Source: Squalus acanthias (taxonomy: Eukaryota). From it: a DNA stretch of 64,000 bases. A program made the translations under genes and the position numbers. Under the pieces are notes generated by a model. The model worked only from the letters and a program-made list of their open reading frames with translations, had not been told where the DNA came from and searched no databases. Positions 1-11,930 of the stretch are shown in pieces; positions within the stretch are counted from its first letter, which is position 1, and every line of letters starts with the position of its first letter. The stretch covers positions 20,150,001-20,214,000 of the forward strand of contig CM059427.1 in NCBI GenBank assembly GCA_030390025.1, given 5' to 3'.

Positions 1-138
1 AATACAAAATGATCTCTGACATTTCTTTAGCCAGTCTTTGCGTTCTAAAGTCTGATAGCACAGATGTTGGTGAATACAAGTGTTCAGTCAAAAATGATGT
101 GGGGAGTTGTTCCTGCAGTTCTACAGTCAGTTTGAAAG
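1..138 (+). CDS. TTN: Titin Ig exon 1 (type A; 5'-truncated by window)
   Basis: KYKMISD...DVGEYKCSVKNDVGSCSCSSTVSLK, donor AAAG|gtcag. Confidence 0.93.
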
Positions 139-315
139 GTCAGTTACAATCCAGTTCTAGTAAGTGGTTTCACCTGGATGTTGTGTGGTATCTGTTTCGA
201 TATCATGTTCTTATTAGGTATTATTGAAGTGTTGAAGCATAATATTTTTAATAATTGAACATTGGTTGTATAATTGTAAATTATAACAGGGTATATTCTC
301 TTTACTTTAAACTAG

Positions 316-594
316 AACGACCAACCTTCGTACAAACAATAGAAAATGCAACAGTATTTTCTGGAAATTCTGCTGTATTTCAATGTCTTGTAAGAGGCTC
401 AGTTCCTATAGCTACAAGCTGGAAAAAAGATGGCAAACATGTCAAAGAAGACGATAATGTAAAAATCTCCTTTGAAAACAATATTGCCACATTACAGATT
501 ATTAAGGCTGAAGAAAATCACAGTGGAAATTACATATGTCAGGCAAAGAATGATGCGGGAACTGCAAAATGCTTTGCTACATTGGCCATAATGG
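316..594 (+). CDS. TTN: Titin Ig exon 2 (type B, 279 nt)
   Basis: ctag|AACGA...ATGG|gttag; ERPTFVQ...W...GNYICQAKNDAG. Confidence 0.93.
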
Positions 595-1203
595 GTTAGT
601 AGGAAGTAATAAGCACAAGTATTGTCCACAAATTATTGATCTATGTCTCATAATATTTACTTTTCCACAGTAATATTATTTTAATGTTTTTAAATTAATT
701 CTGTGATCATCAAGGTGAGGAATGTAATAGTTCGCAGTGGGAACATTTTCCATGTCGAGCTGCCATTGTCAGGAACAAACAGTCAGTGTGCCACAGTTAA
801 ATGCAGGATATAGCTCCCTGTACTCTATCCCCAAAATATGCCTCTGGCAAATCCTCAGAAGAGCATTTCCTCTGTATCTGTGTGACATTTTTTCAATTTC
901 CCCCAACATCTATTTTGTGAGGTCCCTGAATTAGATTGTTAACTTAATGCCCAGTTAGGGACGGTTTAGTGCCATTGGGAGCTGGATTGAGACTGCCCAA
1001 ACTCATTTCACACGGAACACTTACAACAAGCATGCAGAAGAGACTTTGATTGCAGCAGTCTTGACTGGATTTGAACTCAAGTCCATGAGGTATCAAACCC
1101 ATTGTGCAGTCTGTTTCCCCCCAAATCTATTATCTTAAAATAGCAATCCGAGCATAAATATTGCATCGTTTTCCTGATGTAAATGATCTAATTTTTCCCA
1201 CAG

Positions 1204-1482
1204 AACCTGCGAATATCATAGAAAAAACTGAGCCACTCACAGTGACTTCAGGAAACCCAGCCATTTTGGAATGTACTGTAGCTGGTACACCAGAATTAAA
1301 AGTTGCATGGTTCAAAAGTGGAAAGCAACTGGAATCAAGTAGAAAATATAAGATGAGTTTTGTGAATAAAGTGGCCAGTCTAAAAATTCTGGCTGTTGGA
1401 ATGGATGACAGTGGTGACTATACTTTTAAGGTCCAGAATGAGTTTGGAGCCAACAGCTGCAATGTTTCTTTGACAGTGTTAG
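1204..1482 (+). CDS. TTN: Titin Ig exon 3 (type C, 279 nt)
   Basis: acag|AACCT...TTAG|gtcag; EPANIIEK...DSGDYTFKVQN. Confidence 0.93.
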
Positions 1483-1617
1483 GTCAGTGATTAATTTGTG
1501 TTGATGGCATCGATTTCATAAAGCATTTCTTTTAAAACCAAAGCTTATCACAAAGTTTAAAATAATTGACACTTTTTTATTGATGTTTTGTGATTTTTTT
1601 CCCTTTATATTGGACAG

Positions 1618-1905
1618 AACAAATAATTGCTCCATTGTTTACAAGAAAACTAAAGGAAATGGGCAGTATTTTAGGATCTGTTGTACGAATGGAATGCAAA
1701 GTTTCTGGTTCTATTCCAATGACCGTTACTTGGTATAAAGCAGACAGTGAAATATCAGCTAGTAACAAATACAAGATGTCATTTCAAGACAACATGCTGT
1801 CTTTAGAGGTCAATGAGTTAGACTTTTCAGATGGTGGAATTTACACTTGCAAAGCAGCAAATTCAGCAGGAAAGGATGAATGCAGTGCTGTCTTAAGTGT
1901 AAAAG
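1618..1905 (+). CDS. TTN: Titin Ig exon 4 (type D, 288 nt)
   Basis: acag|AACAA...AAAG|gtttg; IIAPLFTRKL...DGGIYTCKAANSAG. Confidence 0.93.
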
Positions 1906-2174
1906 GTTTGAGACATTGCTTTGCTACATTTCTTTCTCATCAGTACTATAAGCAAATACTTATTTTCTTCATTTATATTTTTTGTTTGCTACAATAGTGA
2001 AGTAACTAAATAAACCTTTCAACCATCTCTATCTTCTTTTTGTTAAGAGTTCTTAGATTTTTGAAGGATATGTTAGCATGTGTTAATCATAAAGTTGTCT
2101 TTAATCTGATCATGTCTTCCAGTTTGTACATACATCTGAGTTAATTAAATGCTTTTTTCTTGTGTGAATTTTAG

Positions 2175-2453
2175 AGCCCCCAAGCTTTACAGACAAAGTA
2201 ATGTCCCAGGATGTTGTACTTGGTTCTACAGTGCAGTTTAAGAGTGTTGTGAAAGGAAGCACACCACTCTCTACAAAATGGTTCAAAGGGGACAGGGAAT
2301 TGATGCGTGGTGTGGCATATTCTATTTGGAATGAAGGCTCAACATATTTTCTAGAGCTGTTTTCAGCTAAAACATCTGATGCGGGTGCTTACACCTGCCA
2401 AGTCAGCAACGATGTTGGCACAGATGCCTGTTCTGCAGAATTGTTCGTTAAAG
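2175..2453 (+). CDS. TTN: Titin Ig exon 5 (type E, 279 nt)
   Basis: ttag|AGCCC...AAAG|gtgtg; EPPSF...DAGAYTCQVSNDVG. Confidence 0.93.
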
Positions 2454-3095
2454 GTGTGCATTTCTGGATTTTTGCTGCAGTTCTCTTTTATATAAAACTG
2501 TTTTCCCTGCTTTGCTATCTTAAAAGTTTAGAAACATTAACTTGTTTTCTTGATGGTTGGTCAGCTCTAGTGGTAGAACGTTACACTGCCAACCATGGAG
2601 AGGGGCCAATGGTGGTCATCAGGCATTCAAATCTGGGCTGACAGTCAGACGCAATGTTGTTTATTCGGAAACTCTACAGTTTTGCTATGAACTGCTAGGT
2701 GGAGCATCAGGTAATGGTGGGGAATTCTCTCTCAGTTCGAGGAAAACTGGCAAACCCAAGAGTCCTCACTGAAATTGATTTGCATCATCTAATCATAAAA
2801 TGGCAGTGATGGCAACTTTGAGGACGTTCACAGTCTGGAATGCCCTACCGCCAATATTGAGGGAAGAACCATTTTGGTGGAGGCGGCAACCTGATGAAAA
2901 CCATATGAAAAAAGAAATGCTGTTTGCTTTACCATACACAGAGCTCAGTTTGAGTATTAAACTATGTTTTTTTTAAATTTGTAAATTTGGTCTGTAAATG
3001 TTTCGTAGCCAATTATTTATATCTAAATATTAGTTTGAATTGCTTTTGATGATCGTTTAAATTTATATTGAAATTTATAATATTTTGGCTTCTAG

Positions 3096-3377
3096 AACCT
3101 CCTAGCTTCATTAAAAAGCTACATTCTTCAACAATACTAAAGAAAGGAGATTCAGCACGTTTTGAGTGCACTGTAACTGGCACACCTGAAATTAAAGTTA
3201 CTTGGTACAAAAACGGTCATGAAATTATAGCCAGTGGCAGATGTATGATGTCATTTGATGGTTCTGTGGCAATTCTTGAGATGATTGATGTTATTCTGGA
3301 TGACAGTACATGCTACATCTGTGAGGCACGAAATGAAGCTGGCAGTGACAGCTGCAGCACTGAAGTTGGAGTTAAAG
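3096..3377 (+). CDS. TTN: Titin Ig exon 6 (type F, 282 nt)
   Basis: ctag|AACCT...AAAG|gtctg; EPPSFIKKL...FECTVTGTPEIKVTWYK. Confidence 0.93.
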
Positions 3378-3497
3378 GTCTGTAGTAATGTCTTCTTTAG
3401 TCAGTAACAATATATATATGTTAGTTTCTTGAACAGGGATACTATTAGTTCCTGTATTGTGGTTGATTTGGATTTCTTTATTCTGATTACTTTATAG

Positions 3498-3776
3498 AAC
3501 CTCCCAGTTTTAGAAGGAAACTTCAATCTGCTGAAATAGTTACAACCAGTGATTTCACTCTTGAATGTGAGGTGGCTGGTACAGGGCCCTTTGAAGTTAT
3601 GTGGTATAAGGACAATAAACAAATTCGACGCAGCAAAAAATACAAAATGATCTCTGACATTTCTTTAGCCAGTCTTTGCGTTCTAAAGTCTGATAGCACA
3701 GATGTTGGCGAATACAAGTGTTCAGTAAAAAATGAAGTGGGGAGTTGTTCCTGCAGTTCTACAGTCGGTTTGAAAG
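3498..3776 (+). CDS. TTN: Titin Ig exon 7 (type A, 279 nt; mosaic sequence)
   Basis: atag|AACCT...AAAG|gtcag; EPPSFRRKLQ...DVGEYKCSVKN. Confidence 0.93.
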
Positions 3777-3976
3777 GTCAGTTGTAGTATGTTGTCAGAT
3801 ATATTTTCCTTCCGGTGTTTATAGTGCCATTTGAGTTATCTTGTTATCCATTAGAAAATTCAATGCTAAGCTATTTGTGGAAGCATTCTACATTTTACAT
3901 TAAAGCATTTTTAGAACCATAATGAAAAACAGCAAAATATATCCACATATTCATATTACCATTTGTTTTAAACTAG

Positions 3977-4255
3977 AACCCCCAGGATTTATAAAGAAGA
4001 TTGAAAATATAACAACATTGTCAGGGAATTCTATTGTATTCCAATGTCAAGTAAGAGGCTCAAAGCCTATTTATGTAACTTGGATGAAAGATAAAGATGA
4101 TATCCAAGAAGATGGTAATATTACACTGTCTTTTGAGAATAATATTGCTACTCTTCAAATAAATGATGTTGGAGAAAATCATGCTGGGAAATATACGTGC
4201 CAGGTCAAGAATGATGCTGGAACTGAGAAGTGTTTTGGCACATTGTTGGTCGCAG
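3977..4255 (+). CDS. TTN: Titin Ig exon 8 (type B, 279 nt)
   Basis: ctag|AACCC...GCAG|gtcag; EPPGFIKKIEN...HAGKYTCQVKN. Confidence 0.93.
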
Positions 4256-4399
4256 GTCAGTAGGATATTGATTAGTTTAATAGTACCCTCCCCTCCAAAG
4301 TTTATGCTAATTACGAGTGAATTCAGATTCCTTGTCATACATCAACTAAAATGAGACTTATACCAGTAATATATTGAAGAGATTTTTTTTTCCTCGTAG

Positions 4400-4678
4400 A
4401 ACCAGCAAAAATCACAGAACAAGCACAGTCACTCATTGTGACCGCAGGAAATCCCGCAAACCTGGAATGTACTGTAACTGGTACACCAGAACTGAAAGTT
4501 AAATGTTTTAAGGATGGTAATGAAATGGTACCTAGCAGAAAACACAAAATCAACTTTGAGAATAATGTGTTCAGCCTAAAGATTCCTTCTGTTTCTAATG
4601 ATGATACTGCTGAATATACTTTTGAGGTCAAGAATCAGTTTGGAACCAGCAGCTGTAAAGCTTCATTGACAGTATTAG
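4400..4678 (+). CDS. TTN: Titin Ig exon 9 (type C, 279 nt)
   Basis: gtag|AACCA...TTAG|gttag; EPAKITEQ...EYTFEVKNQFG. Confidence 0.92.
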
Positions 4679-5026
4679 GTTAGTGTTTTATTTGCATTTA
4701 GAATTTGACGAATTTAAATATCTAGTGTCATTTGAAAAAAAAATTTGCCCATAAAGAAATCCTGATCACATTGACCAAAACCATATATAAAGGCTTTTAT
4801 TGTTATAATGTTCTTTATGGAGACCAGTAACGATGGGAGTAGACAGATCAGCTGTGTTGGGAGTTTTAAAATAAGTTCTGTTTTGGATGGTCTCAGTAGG
4901 TATATCCTAATAAATATGAAAAATCTTATTGTAAACAATCACAGTGGATTTGATTCATTTAAAGCACTTCCACATTTTTGCTGTTTGAGTTGATTGGCTG
5001 TGCTTTTGTCACTTTATCTTGGACAG

Positions 5027-5314
5027 ATCAACTAATTCCCCCATTGTTTACAAGAAAATTACGAAAAATGGACAGTGTTTTAGGATCTTTCATACATATG
5101 GAATGCAAAGTTTCTGGTTCTCTTCCAATGAGCTTTTCATGGTATAAAGATTACAAAATAATAACAACTAGTGAAAAATACAAAGTGTTATGTCAAGATA
5201 ACACACCAACTTTGGAAGTTAATCAACTAGAGATTTCAGATCATGGAACTTATATTTGCAAAGCAACCAATTCAGTGGGAAGTGATGAATGCAGTGGTAT
5301 CTTAAATATAACAG
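5027..5314 (+). CDS. TTN: Titin Ig exon 10 (type D, 288 nt)
   Basis: acag|ATCAA...ACAG|gtttg; DQLIPPLFTRKL. Confidence 0.93.
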
Positions 5315-5569
5315 GTTTGAAAGATGAACTTGCTTTGTTTCAGTTCCTAATATAGCTTTTGCATATATAAGCACTTGTTCAATTTCTGATTTTTGCTTGT
5401 TGCCCTAAAAAGATAAATATATTTAGTGTTTAAAATTTATTATGCAGTTTATAGTAAGTTCTCATTTTAGCTCTGCTCTGCCATTTTATTTTTGTTGACA
5501 TCTTACCCAATGTGTAAACTAAGTACTATAGGGATCCAATTCTATTATTTTTTTTCACCTGAATTTTAG

Positions 5570-5848
5570 AGCCACCAAGTTTTATAGAAAAACCTGTAGC
5601 CCAGGAAAGTCTACCTGGTTCCGCAGTGCAGTTTAGAAGTGTTGTGAAAGGAACTGCTCCACTATCTATAAAATGGCTGAAGGATGGCAGGGAACTGATG
5701 TCTGGAGCTGATTGTTTCATTTTAAATGAAGGTTCAACAAGTTTACTCGAGTTGTTTTCAGCTAAAGTTTCTGATTTGGGTGACTATACTTGTGAAGTCA
5801 GCAACAAGGTTGGAAGCGCCACTTGTACAACAAGACTATTTATCAAAG
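5570..5848 (+). CDS. TTN: Titin Ig exon 11 (type E, 279 nt)
   Basis: ttag|AGCCA...AAAG|gtgtg; EPPSFIEKP...DLGDYTCEVSN. Confidence 0.93.
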
Positions 5849-6125
5849 GTGTGGAATTTAGGTTCACTTGTTAAACCATTGTGAAACACTGTTAAAAATT
5901 CAGACTTTTTCATTTTGAAAAGTTTACATGTCTGTAAAGTTATTTTTCTTTGGTTTGTTATACACTTTTCTCTCGTTTGTTATTTTTAATGTTGCTATCG
6001 TGCTGTGTGTTATCTTCCTTTATTCCTTTATATGTTGCATGTGTTTCATTGTTCCTTTTTATGTTGTATGGGTTTGTTTCAGACTTTTACATTTATAATT
6101 AAGTTTACTACATTTTTTTCTCTAG

Positions 6126-6407
6126 AACCTCCTTATTTTATTAAGAAGTTAGATCTTACAGCAATATTTAAAAAAGGAGAGACAGCAAGTTTTGAGTGCA
6201 AAGTAACTGGCACACCTGAAATCAAAATCACTTGGTTCAGCAACTATCGTGAAATTAGAGCCAGTGAAAAATACAGAATGTCATTTGTTGATTCAGTGGC
6301 AATATTTGAGATTGCTGACATAAACCTGGATGACAGTGGGAATTATTCCTGTAAAGCACAAAATGAAGCTGGCAGTGAATCTTGTGACATTAAAGTAACA
6401 GTTAAAG
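6126..6407 (+). CDS. TTN: Titin Ig exon 12 (type F, 282 nt)
   Basis: ctag|AACCT...AAAG|gtgtg; EPPYFIKKL...DSGNYSCKAQNEAG. Confidence 0.93.
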
Positions 6408-6651
6408 GTGTGTAAAAATTCCTAGTTACATTTTCCAACACAATTTGATTGTTTTTTTCTGAAAATGTTGCAAGTGCCTTGTGTTTATCAATGGAATATT
6501 TGGGAGCCTTCACTTTAACAGCCTGTTTTTATAACTTCTTTTTTATTGGCCAATAAAAATTATCATTCAATTGCCACTAGCTCCTTAGTTCAAACTGATG
6601 AATGAAATGTAATGTAAACATTTTACTAGAACATTTTAAATTCGACTCCAA

Positions 6652-7134
6652 AGGACCGATTTTAATTACCGGTGGGAAGCTGGCAGATGCAGACCGTGCG
6701 GCAACAAGGTAAGTCCGGGAGTGGGACTTTCCAAGGGTCTCACTGCTGCTTAGGGGAGAAGCCCAGGGCATTGAGGCCCAGACATTCTATGTCGGGCCAG
6801 GAGGAGCTCTCATGCTCCTCCTGGTCCCATTGTAGAAAGATGTTTAATTTGTCTCGAAGACCTCGCTATCTTCCCGACAACTTTACCTGGCATGCAGCCG
6901 TGGCAGGCATCCTGCTCAGAAGAACATTAACGTGCCTTTTTTATCCCATGTGCATCATTGGACCCCAATTTTCATTTATCGGTGAGGTTCCTGCTGTTAT
7001 CCAATGGACATCTCAATCATCGCAAAAACCAGTTGTGTTAAAATGGGGAATAAGCGGGAACAGAGTGAGAATTGGAGATGCTCCATTTTAACTGCTCCCT
7101 CTCTTTGCTGCTGGTTGGGAGATTTAAAGTTCCC
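6652..7134. mobile_element. Degenerate non-autonomous DNA element (MITE-like)
   Basis: GC-richer block in an AT-rich intron, with imperfect inverted ends (GGACCGATTTTAA ... TTAAAGTTCCCC) resembling other MITE termini in the window. Confidence 0.45.
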
Positions 7135-7461
7135 CATTTAATTCTTTTTAAATGCTAAGAGTCATGTGCAACTAGCCAAAATTATTAATGTTCAGGGCTG
7201 ATAATACCATTGAAAATTGTAGATATGTATATAAAAAAATGAAGGGTATTTATTGGAGTATTTTACTAATCTGCATTAAATAATAGCTGTAGGAGAAAAC
7301 ATCTGTGTGTTGGTTTGTCTCCCATGATTAGTTATCACACCTTAAAATAAGAATCACGCAAATATTTTTTCACGTCAATGGTTATTGTTGGGAGTCACTG
7401 TGCAAAACCTGAATTTAGTGGCCTGTGATTTGTAAACCATGTTAATGTGTTTACTCTTTAG

Positions 7462-7740
7462 AACCTCCCACATTTACGAAGAAGCTTGAACCAGTTGAGG
7501 TAGTAAAAACCAGTGATTTCACTCTTGAATGTGAGGTGGCCGGTTCAGGTCCCTTTGAAGTTATGTGGTATAAGGACAATAAACAAATTCGACACAGTAA
7601 AAAATACAAAATGATCTCTGACATTTCTTTATCAAGTCTTTGCGTTCTAAAGTCTGATAGCACAGATGTTGGTGAATACAAGTGTTCAGTCAAAAATGAT
7701 GTGGGGAGTTGTTCCTGCAGTTCTACAGTCAGTTTGAAAG
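7462..7740 (+). CDS. TTN: Titin Ig exon 13 (type A, 279 nt)
   Basis: ttag|AACCT...AAAG|gtcag; paralogue of exon 1. Confidence 0.93.
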
Positions 7741-7918
7741 GTCAGTTACAATCCAGTTCTAGTAAGTGGTTTCACCTGGATGTTGTGTGGTATCTGTTTC
7801 GTTATCATGTTCTTATTAGGTATTATTGAATAACTTGAAGCATAATATTTTTAATAATTGAACATTGGTTGTATAATTGTAAATTATAACAGGGTATATT
7901 CTCTTTACTTTAAACTAG

Positions 7919-8197
7919 AACGACCAACCTTCGTACAAACAATAGAAAATGCAACAGTATTTTCTGGAAATTCTGCTGTATTTCAATGTCTTGTAAGAGG
8001 CTCAGTTCCTATAGCTACAAGCTGGAAAAAAGATGGCAAACATGTCAAAGAAGATGATAATGTAAAAATGTCCTTTGAAAACAATATTGCCACATTACAG
8101 ATTATTAAGGCTGAAGAAAATCACAGTGGAAATTACATATGTCAGGCAAAGAATGATGCGGGAACTGCAAAATGCTTTGCTACATTGGCCATAATGG
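7919..8197 (+). CDS. TTN: Titin Ig exon 14 (type B, 279 nt)
   Basis: Near-identical to exon 2; GT-AG bounded. Confidence 0.93.
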
Positions 8198-8806
8198 GTT
8201 AGTAGGAAGTAATAAGCACAAGTATTGTCCACAAATTATTGATCTATGTCTCATAATATTTACTTTTCCACAGTAAAATTATTTTAATGTTTTTAAATTA
8301 ATTCTGTGATCATCAAGGTGAGGAATGTAATAGCTCGCAGTGGGAACATTTTCCATGTCGAGCTTCCATTGTCAGGAACAAACAGTCAGTGTGCCACAGT
8401 TAAATGCAGGATATAGCTCCCTGTACTCTATCCCCAAAATATGCCTCTGGCAAATCCTCAGAAGAGCATTTCCTCTGTATCTGTGTGACATTTTTTCAAT
8501 TTCCCCCAACATCTATTTTGTGAGGTCCCTGAATTAGATTGTTAACTTAATGCCCAGTTAGGGACAGTTTAGTGCCATTGGGAGCTGGATTGAGACTGCC
8601 CAAACTCATTTCACACGGAACACTTACAACAAGCATGCAGAAGAGACTTTTATTGCAGCAGTCTTGACTGGATTTGAACTCAAGTCCATGAGGTATCAAA
8701 CCCATTGTGCAGTCAGTTTCCCCCCAAATCTATTATCTTAAAATAGCAATCCGAGCATAAATATTGCATCGTTTTCCTGATGTAAATGATCTAATTTTTC
8801 CCACAG

Positions 8807-9085
8807 AACCTGCGAATATCATAGAAAAAACTGAGCCACTCACAGTCACTTCAGGAAACCCAGCCATTTTGGAATGTACTGTAGCTGGTACACCAGAATT
8901 AAAAGTTGCATGGTTCAAAAGTGGAAACCAACTGGAATCAAGTAGAAAATATAAGATGAGTTTTGTGAATAAAGTGGCCAGTCTAAAAATTCTGGCTGTT
9001 GGAATGGATGACAGTGGTGACTATACTTTTAAGGTCCAGAATGAGTTTGGAGCCAACAGCTGCAATGTTTCTTTGACAGTGTTAG
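8807..9085 (+). CDS. TTN: Titin Ig exon 15 (type C, 279 nt)
   Basis: Near-identical to exon 3. Confidence 0.93.
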
Positions 9086-9222
9086 GTCAGTGATTAATTT
9101 GTGTTGATGGCATCGATTTCATAAAGCATTTCTTTTAAAACCAAAGCTTATCACAAAGTTTAAAATAATTGACACTTTTTTTTATTGATGTTTTGTGATT
9201 TTTTTCCCTTTATATTGGACAG

Positions 9223-9510
9223 AACAAATAATTGCTCCATTGTTTACAAGAAAACTAAAGGAAATGGGCAGTATTTTAGGATCTGTTGTACGAATGGAAT
9301 GCAAAGTTTCTGGTTCTATTCCAATGACCGTTACTTGGTATAAAGCAGACAGTGAAATATCAGCTAGTAACAAATACAAGATGTCATTTCAAGACAACAT
9401 GCTGTCTTTAGAGGTCAATGAGTTAGACTTTTCAGATGGTGGAATTTACACTTGCAAAGCAGCAAATTCAGCAGGAAAGGATGAATGCAGTGCTGTCTTA
9501 AGTGTAAAAG
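9223..9510 (+). CDS. TTN: Titin Ig exon 16 (type D, 288 nt)
   Basis: Near-identical to exon 4. Confidence 0.93.
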
Positions 9511-9779
9511 GTTTGAGACATTGCTTTGCTACATTTCTTTCTCATCAGTACTATAAGCAAATACTTATTTTCTTCATTTATATTTTTTGTTTGCTACAAT
9601 AGTGAAGTAACTAAATAAACCTTTCAACCATCTCTATCTTCTTTTTGTTAAGAGTTCTTAGATTTTTGAAGGATATGTTAGCATGTGTTAATCATAAAGT
9701 TGTCTTTAATCTGATCATGTCTTCTAGTTTGTACATACATCTGAGTTAATTAAATGCTTTTTTCTTGTGTGAATTTTAG

Positions 9780-10058
9780 AGCCCCCAAGCTTTACAGACA
9801 AAGTAATGTCCCAGGATGTTGTACTTGGTTCTACAGTGCAGTTTAAGAGTGTTGTGAAAGGAAGCACACCACTCTCTACAAAATGGTTCAAAGGGGACAG
9901 GGAATTGATGCGTGGTGTGGCATATTCTATTTGGAATGAAGGCTCAACATATTTTCTAGAGCTGTTTTCAGCTAAAACATCTGATGCGGGTGCTTACACC
10001 TGCCAAGTCAGCAACGATGTTGGCACAGATGCCTGTTCTGCAGAATTGTTCGTGAAAG
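9780..10058 (+). CDS. TTN: Titin Ig exon 17 (type E, 279 nt)
   Basis: Near-identical to exon 5. Confidence 0.93.
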
Positions 10059-10264
10059 GTGTGCATTTCTGGATTTTTGCTGCAGTTCTCTTTTATATAA
10101 AACTGTTTTCCCTGCTTTGCTATCTTAAAAGTTTAGAAACATTAACTTGTTTTCTTGATGGTTGGTCAACTCTAGTGGTAGAACGTTACACTGCCAACCA
10201 TGGAGAGGGGCCAATGGTGGTCATCAGGCATTCATTCAAATTTGGGCTGACAGTCATACTCAAT

Positions 10265-11086
10265 CGCTGGAATTTTAATTTGAGGCGGGGAGAGAGCAGA
10301 GGGGCTGGAAAGCGGTCTGGAAACCCGAATTTAATGACAGGGCCTGATTAGCGTTTAGAATCCCTGTTTTGCATCTGCAGCCAGCCAGATGGAGAGGCTG
10401 GCTGGCTGGCTGTCACACGGGTAGACCTGCGGCACCAGGCCGCAGAGAGGAGAGCTGGGATGTGGGGGAGTCGGGGGGAATCAGTAGCCAGAGTGTGATC
10501 GGGGACCTGAGGGGGAAGGTTTGAAGGCTGAAGGATTATCAGGGGCCGGAGGCGGGAAGTTGGCAGGTGATTGGAGGCCGGAGGAGGAATTGGAGGCTTG
10601 GGGGTGGGTGGGGGTGCGGTTGGAGGCTGGAGGCGGTCCAAGGTCCATCCAAGGATCGAAAGCCAGAGATTGGATTGAAGTTCGGAGGCCTCAGAGGGGA
10701 GATTGCGGTGAGATCGGAAGGGCCGGGGTGTGTCCGATCGCGGGGCGTTGGCGAAGCAGGAACGCTGGATCCAGTGAGTAAGTGGAAAGGCACTTAACTC
10801 CTGCATCCAGCAGTCCTCGCCCTCCTTTAGCTGGCTGGTTCCCCGAGGCCCGGGAATCCTGCCCGCCCACTGTTAAATTTAAAATGGAGCTACAAAATGA
10901 GGCACGCAGCCTCATTGTAATTTTTAAGTGCAAACCCATCTCCTGCGAGCGGGTTGGCCGCTCGCCCCCGTCTCGCCTCCATTAAAACCGGAAGTGGGCG
11001 GGTTAGGGTTGGGATTCAGATTTTTAACTCTTCAACCTCCCACCTGACCCCAACCCACCCATTTTTGGGGGTTAAAATTACCCTCC
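10265..11086. mobile_element. PIF/Harbinger-like MITE, family 1 (G-rich interior)
   Basis: Absent from the paralogous site at ~2655. Imperfect TIRs (GGAATTTTAA / TTAAAATTACCC). Shares internal motifs (CAGCCAGATxGAGAGGCTGGCTGGCTG, CGCCTCCATTAAAACCG) with 37084-37969. Confidence 0.8.
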
Positions 11087-11528
11087 AAGTTCTTTATTAG
11101 GAAGCTCTACAGTTTTGCCATTAACTGCTAGGTGGAGCAGCATGTCATGGTGGGGAATTCTCTCTCAGTTCAAGGAAGAACTGGCAAACCCAAGAGTCCT
11201 CACTGAAATTGATTTGTATCATCTAATCATTAAAATGACAGTGATGGCAATTTTGAGCAATTTCACAGCCTGGAATGCCCCACCCCCAATATTGAAGGAA
11301 GAACCATTTTGGTGGCGGCAGCAATGAGAGAACTTGATAGCACATGAAAAAGGAAATGCTGTTTGCTTTACCATACACAGAGGTCTAATTGAGTATTGAA
11401 CTTTGATTTTCTTAAAGATGTAAATTTGGTCTGTAAATGTTATGTAGCCAATTATTTATGTCTAATTAGTAATTTGAATTGATTTTGATTATGCTTTAAA
11501 TTAAATGTAGTAATATTTTGGCTTCTAG

Positions 11529-11810
11529 AACCTCCTAGCTTCATTAAAAAGCTACATTCTTCAACAATACTAAAGAAAGGAGATTCAGCACGTTTTGAGT
11601 GCATTGTAACTGGCACACCTGAAATTAAAGTTACTTGGTACAAAAACGGTCATAAAATTATAGCCAGTGGCAGATGTATGATGTCATTTGATGGTTCTGT
11701 GGCAATTCTTGAGATGATTGATGTTATTCTGGATGACAGTACATGCTACATCTGTGAGGCACGAAATGAAGCTGGCAGTGACAGCTGCAGCACTGAAGTT
11801 GGAGTTAAAG
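11529..11810 (+). CDS. TTN: Titin Ig exon 18 (type F, 282 nt)
   Basis: Near-identical to exon 6; GT-AG bounded. Confidence 0.93.
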
Positions 11811-11930
11811 GTCTGTAGTAATGTCTTCTTTAGTCAGTAACAATATATATATGTTAGTTTCTTGAACAGGGATACTATTAGTTTCTGTATTGTGGTTGAT
11901 TTGGATTTCTTTATTCTGATTACTTTATAG

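Noticed and set aside
700-1120. Possible tRNA gene or SINE (B-box-like GAGTTCAAATCC on minus strand; similar decayed blocks at ~2560-2900, 16530-16860 and 47930-48400)
   Set aside because: No cloverleaf. These are probably ancient SINE relics, but too decayed to assign a family or boundaries.
10348-10985. Overlapping Pro/Gly-rich ORFs (also 37239-37674 and 24627-25065)
   Set aside because: They result from GC-rich MITE interiors that are poor in stop codons, and frames are not conserved between copies.
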